Assembly (NCBI GenBank): GCA_001787005.1
Contig: MFUV01000009.1
Location: forward strand, 1,929 to 61,772
Direction of reading: 5' to 3'
Length of the DNA: 59,844 nucleotides
Source: Candidatus Nomurabacteria bacterium RIFCSPLOWO2_01_FULL_39_18
GTDB taxonomy: Bacteria > Patescibacteriota > Minisyncoccia > Phycocordibacterales > UBA9973
The position numbers were made by a program, and so were the translations under genes. Shown here piece by piece: positions 57,939 to 59,844 of this stretch. Each line of letters begins with the position of its first letter. Positions within the stretch are counted from its first letter, which is position 1. The notes under the pieces are model-generated. The model ran no database searches, was not told the origin of the DNA, and worked only from the letters and a program-made list of their open reading frames with translations.

Positions 57939-59702
57939 TTATTTTGTAAATATTTTCCAAACGCCTTCTGTATCTATGTACCAGGAATACACATTCAGGA
58001 AACGATCTCTTGGTGTGGTGATAGAATCGATATCCAACCCTTTAAGTTTTTTTGATACTGTGTATATAAAATCAGGACTATACAAAAAAACTGCCGGCAT
58101 GTCTTTTTTTATTTCTTCTTCGAATTGAACATATTTTTTTATTCTAGATGCCTCATCAGTTGTGATGAATGCATCTTCCAAAATTTTATCTACTTTTGCG
58201 TTGGTATACATCGCGACATTAAGTCCAGGATCTTTTCTTTGCGAAGAGTGCCAGAAAGCAAATAGATCAGACTCGTGGTTTATAATTTCTCCGAACAAAA
58301 GAGTGTCGTATTTGCGTGGGCGAATCACACTTTGATTTAAGTTTCCAATTTCAAAAGTTTTTATCTCAACCTTCATGCCGATCATGGATAGGTCTTTTTT
58401 TATTAACTCTGCAGTTTTTGCAAGTTCGGGAGCATTGCCCGTTGAAATAGAAAACGAGAGGGGAACAGTTGTTTTCTTGCCTTTTGTCGTTGTAGTTTTT
58501 TCTAAAAATCCTTCCTCATTCTTTTTCCAGCCGCTCCTAGAGAGGTCATCCTGTATTTTTTGTAATATTTCTTCGCGCGGCATATTACTTTTTTCGCTTA
58601 ATTTTTGGTACTGTATCATATTGGGTGGTATAGGATCGTCGATAGCAGTGCCATAACCAGATAATACCTCACGGACAATTCTATCTTTATCGATCGCTCT
58701 GTCTATGGCAGAAGTTATAGTTTTGTCGATAAAAAGTTGGTTTTGATTTTGGTTAAAGAAAAGTCCGAATACCCTAGGCAGGACGGAAGATCCTATTTGA
58801 TATTTTTTCTCTCCAAGAATTTCGGCATTTTGAGGCGTGATCGAGCTTATTTGATCCACCTCTCCCGCAAGAAGCGCTGCTACGAGATCATCTTCGTTTT
58901 GATAAAAACGCAAAGTCATATTTTTAATATATGGCTCGCCCAATGCGAATTTTTTAAATGATGCTAATTCATAATAATCAATAACCCCAGATGACTGCTT
59001 GCTTATCTCTGAAATTCGGTAAGGCCCCGATCCCACAGGATTGGTATTGGCATCATTGAGTTCAATATGAGAATCATTCCACAGATATTCCGGCATGATA
59101 CCAAGCGTTGCGTTCTCTAGAAATGACGCATATGGCTGTTTTAGATTAAATCGAATAGTTTTTTCATCAATTTTCTCGACATTTATTCCATCCCAATTTA
59201 TTTTATGCTGATTTTTAATGACCGGATCCTTAACTTTATTTATAGTGAAAACTACATCAGAAGCAGTGACGGGTTTTCCATCATGAAAATGAAGGTTGTC
59301 TTTCAAGATAAAAGTATAAACTAAACCATCTTTCGATCCTTCAACTTTTTCTGCCAAATCAGGTACCAATGTTCCATCAGGATTTTTTCTCATTAGACCA
59401 GAATAAACGAGCAAAACCAGGTCTTGATCGGCGGGGGAACTTGCCAGAATCGGGTTGACGAAACGGGGAGTACCGACAATACCATCAACTATCTCTCCTC
59501 CGTTTATCGGCACTCTCACCATAAAAGATTTATTGATGCTCTCTAGTATTGATATTGTGCTAAATACGAGTACCACCAGTAGTGAGACAAAAACAATCCA
59601 TTCGTTTTTTGAGAAAGAAGAAAAAACCAAATTTATTTCACGTTTTTTGGGCAATCCACCAATGATTTTCAACTGGCGCATACGACTATAGAAATTTTCC
59701 AT
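57939..59702 (-). CDS. ABC transporter substrate-binding protein, family 5 (peptide/nickel type), membrane-anchored
   Basis: 587 aa with an N-terminal TM helix and an SBP_bac_5-like pattern (GTPRFVNPILA..., WDGINVEKIDEKTIRFNLKQP). Confidence 0.75.
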   Translation of the reverse strand: MENFYSRMRQLKIIGGLPKKREINLVFSSFSKNEWIVFVSLLVVLVFSTISILESINKSFMVRVPINGGEIVDGIVGTPRFVNPILASSPADQDLVLLVYSGLMRKNPDGTLVPDLAEKVEGSKDGLVYTFILKDNLHFHDGKPVTASDVVFTINKVKDPVIKNQHKINWDGINVEKIDEKTIRFNLKQPYASFLENATLGIMPEYLWNDSHIELNDANTNPVGSGPYRISEISKQSSGVIDYYELASFKKFALGEPYIKNMTLRFYQNEDDLVAALLAGEVDQISSITPQNAEILGEKKYQIGSSVLPRVFGLFFNQNQNQLFIDKTITSAIDRAIDKDRIVREVLSGYGTAIDDPIPPNMIQYQKLSEKSNMPREEILQKIQDDLSRSGWKKNEEGFLEKTTTTKGKKTTVPLSFSISTGNAPELAKTAELIKKDLSMIGMKVEIKTFEIGNLNQSVIRPRKYDTLLFGEIINHESDLFAFWHSSQRKDPGLNVAMYTNAKVDKILEDAFITTDEASRIKKYVQFEEEIKKDMPAVFLYSPDFIYTVSKKLKGLDIDSITTPRDRFLNVYSWYIDTEGVWKIFTK

Positions 59703-59844
59703 AAAAAGAAATCATAAAAGAATTCAGTATAAAGCCTATTCTATTTAGCTGTTAGCTTTTATTATTATACTGAGAAGCGCGAATAAAGCAAAAAGGATTC
59801 CGCAAATAATAGATAAGTAAAAAAGAAATTTTTCAAAACCACGG

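Overview
This window is low-GC and gene-dense. It looks like a reduced Patescibacteria/CPR-type genome; that is an inference from the intron-bearing rRNA and tRNA genes, the small housekeeping genes and the many gene relics. It opens inside a 23S rRNA gene whose peptidyl-transferase loop carries a ~346-nt group-I-like intron. A 5S rRNA gene follows, then three partial 5S 3'-end copies that bracket small cassettes: an odd tRNA and an APH-like kinase. The remainder is mostly housekeeping. It includes SEDS/folD, secDF, lemA-htpX, gatCA, prfB, ftsEX, pyrG, two extracytoplasmic thiol-redox clusters, guaA, nrdAB, htrA, RNase J and an MFS/ABC set. The main theme is selfish or structured DNA. At least four unrelated small palindromic repeat families sit in an rRNA intron, in tRNA D-stems, in 5' leaders and in frame inside essential genes (prfB, htpX, nrdB). 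There is also a group I intron in an initiator-like tRNA-Met. Nuclease genes present are two HTH-LAGLIDADG genes, two mini GIY-YIG genes tied to duplicated tRNA-Thr and tRNA-Gln genes, a DUF559 endonuclease flanked by palindrome copies, and an IS200-like tyrosine transposase with its own hairpins. Many genes appear leaderless, with TGnTATAAT 6-8 nt before the start codon. Several genes are decayed. No CRISPR array, integrase or prophage was seen.
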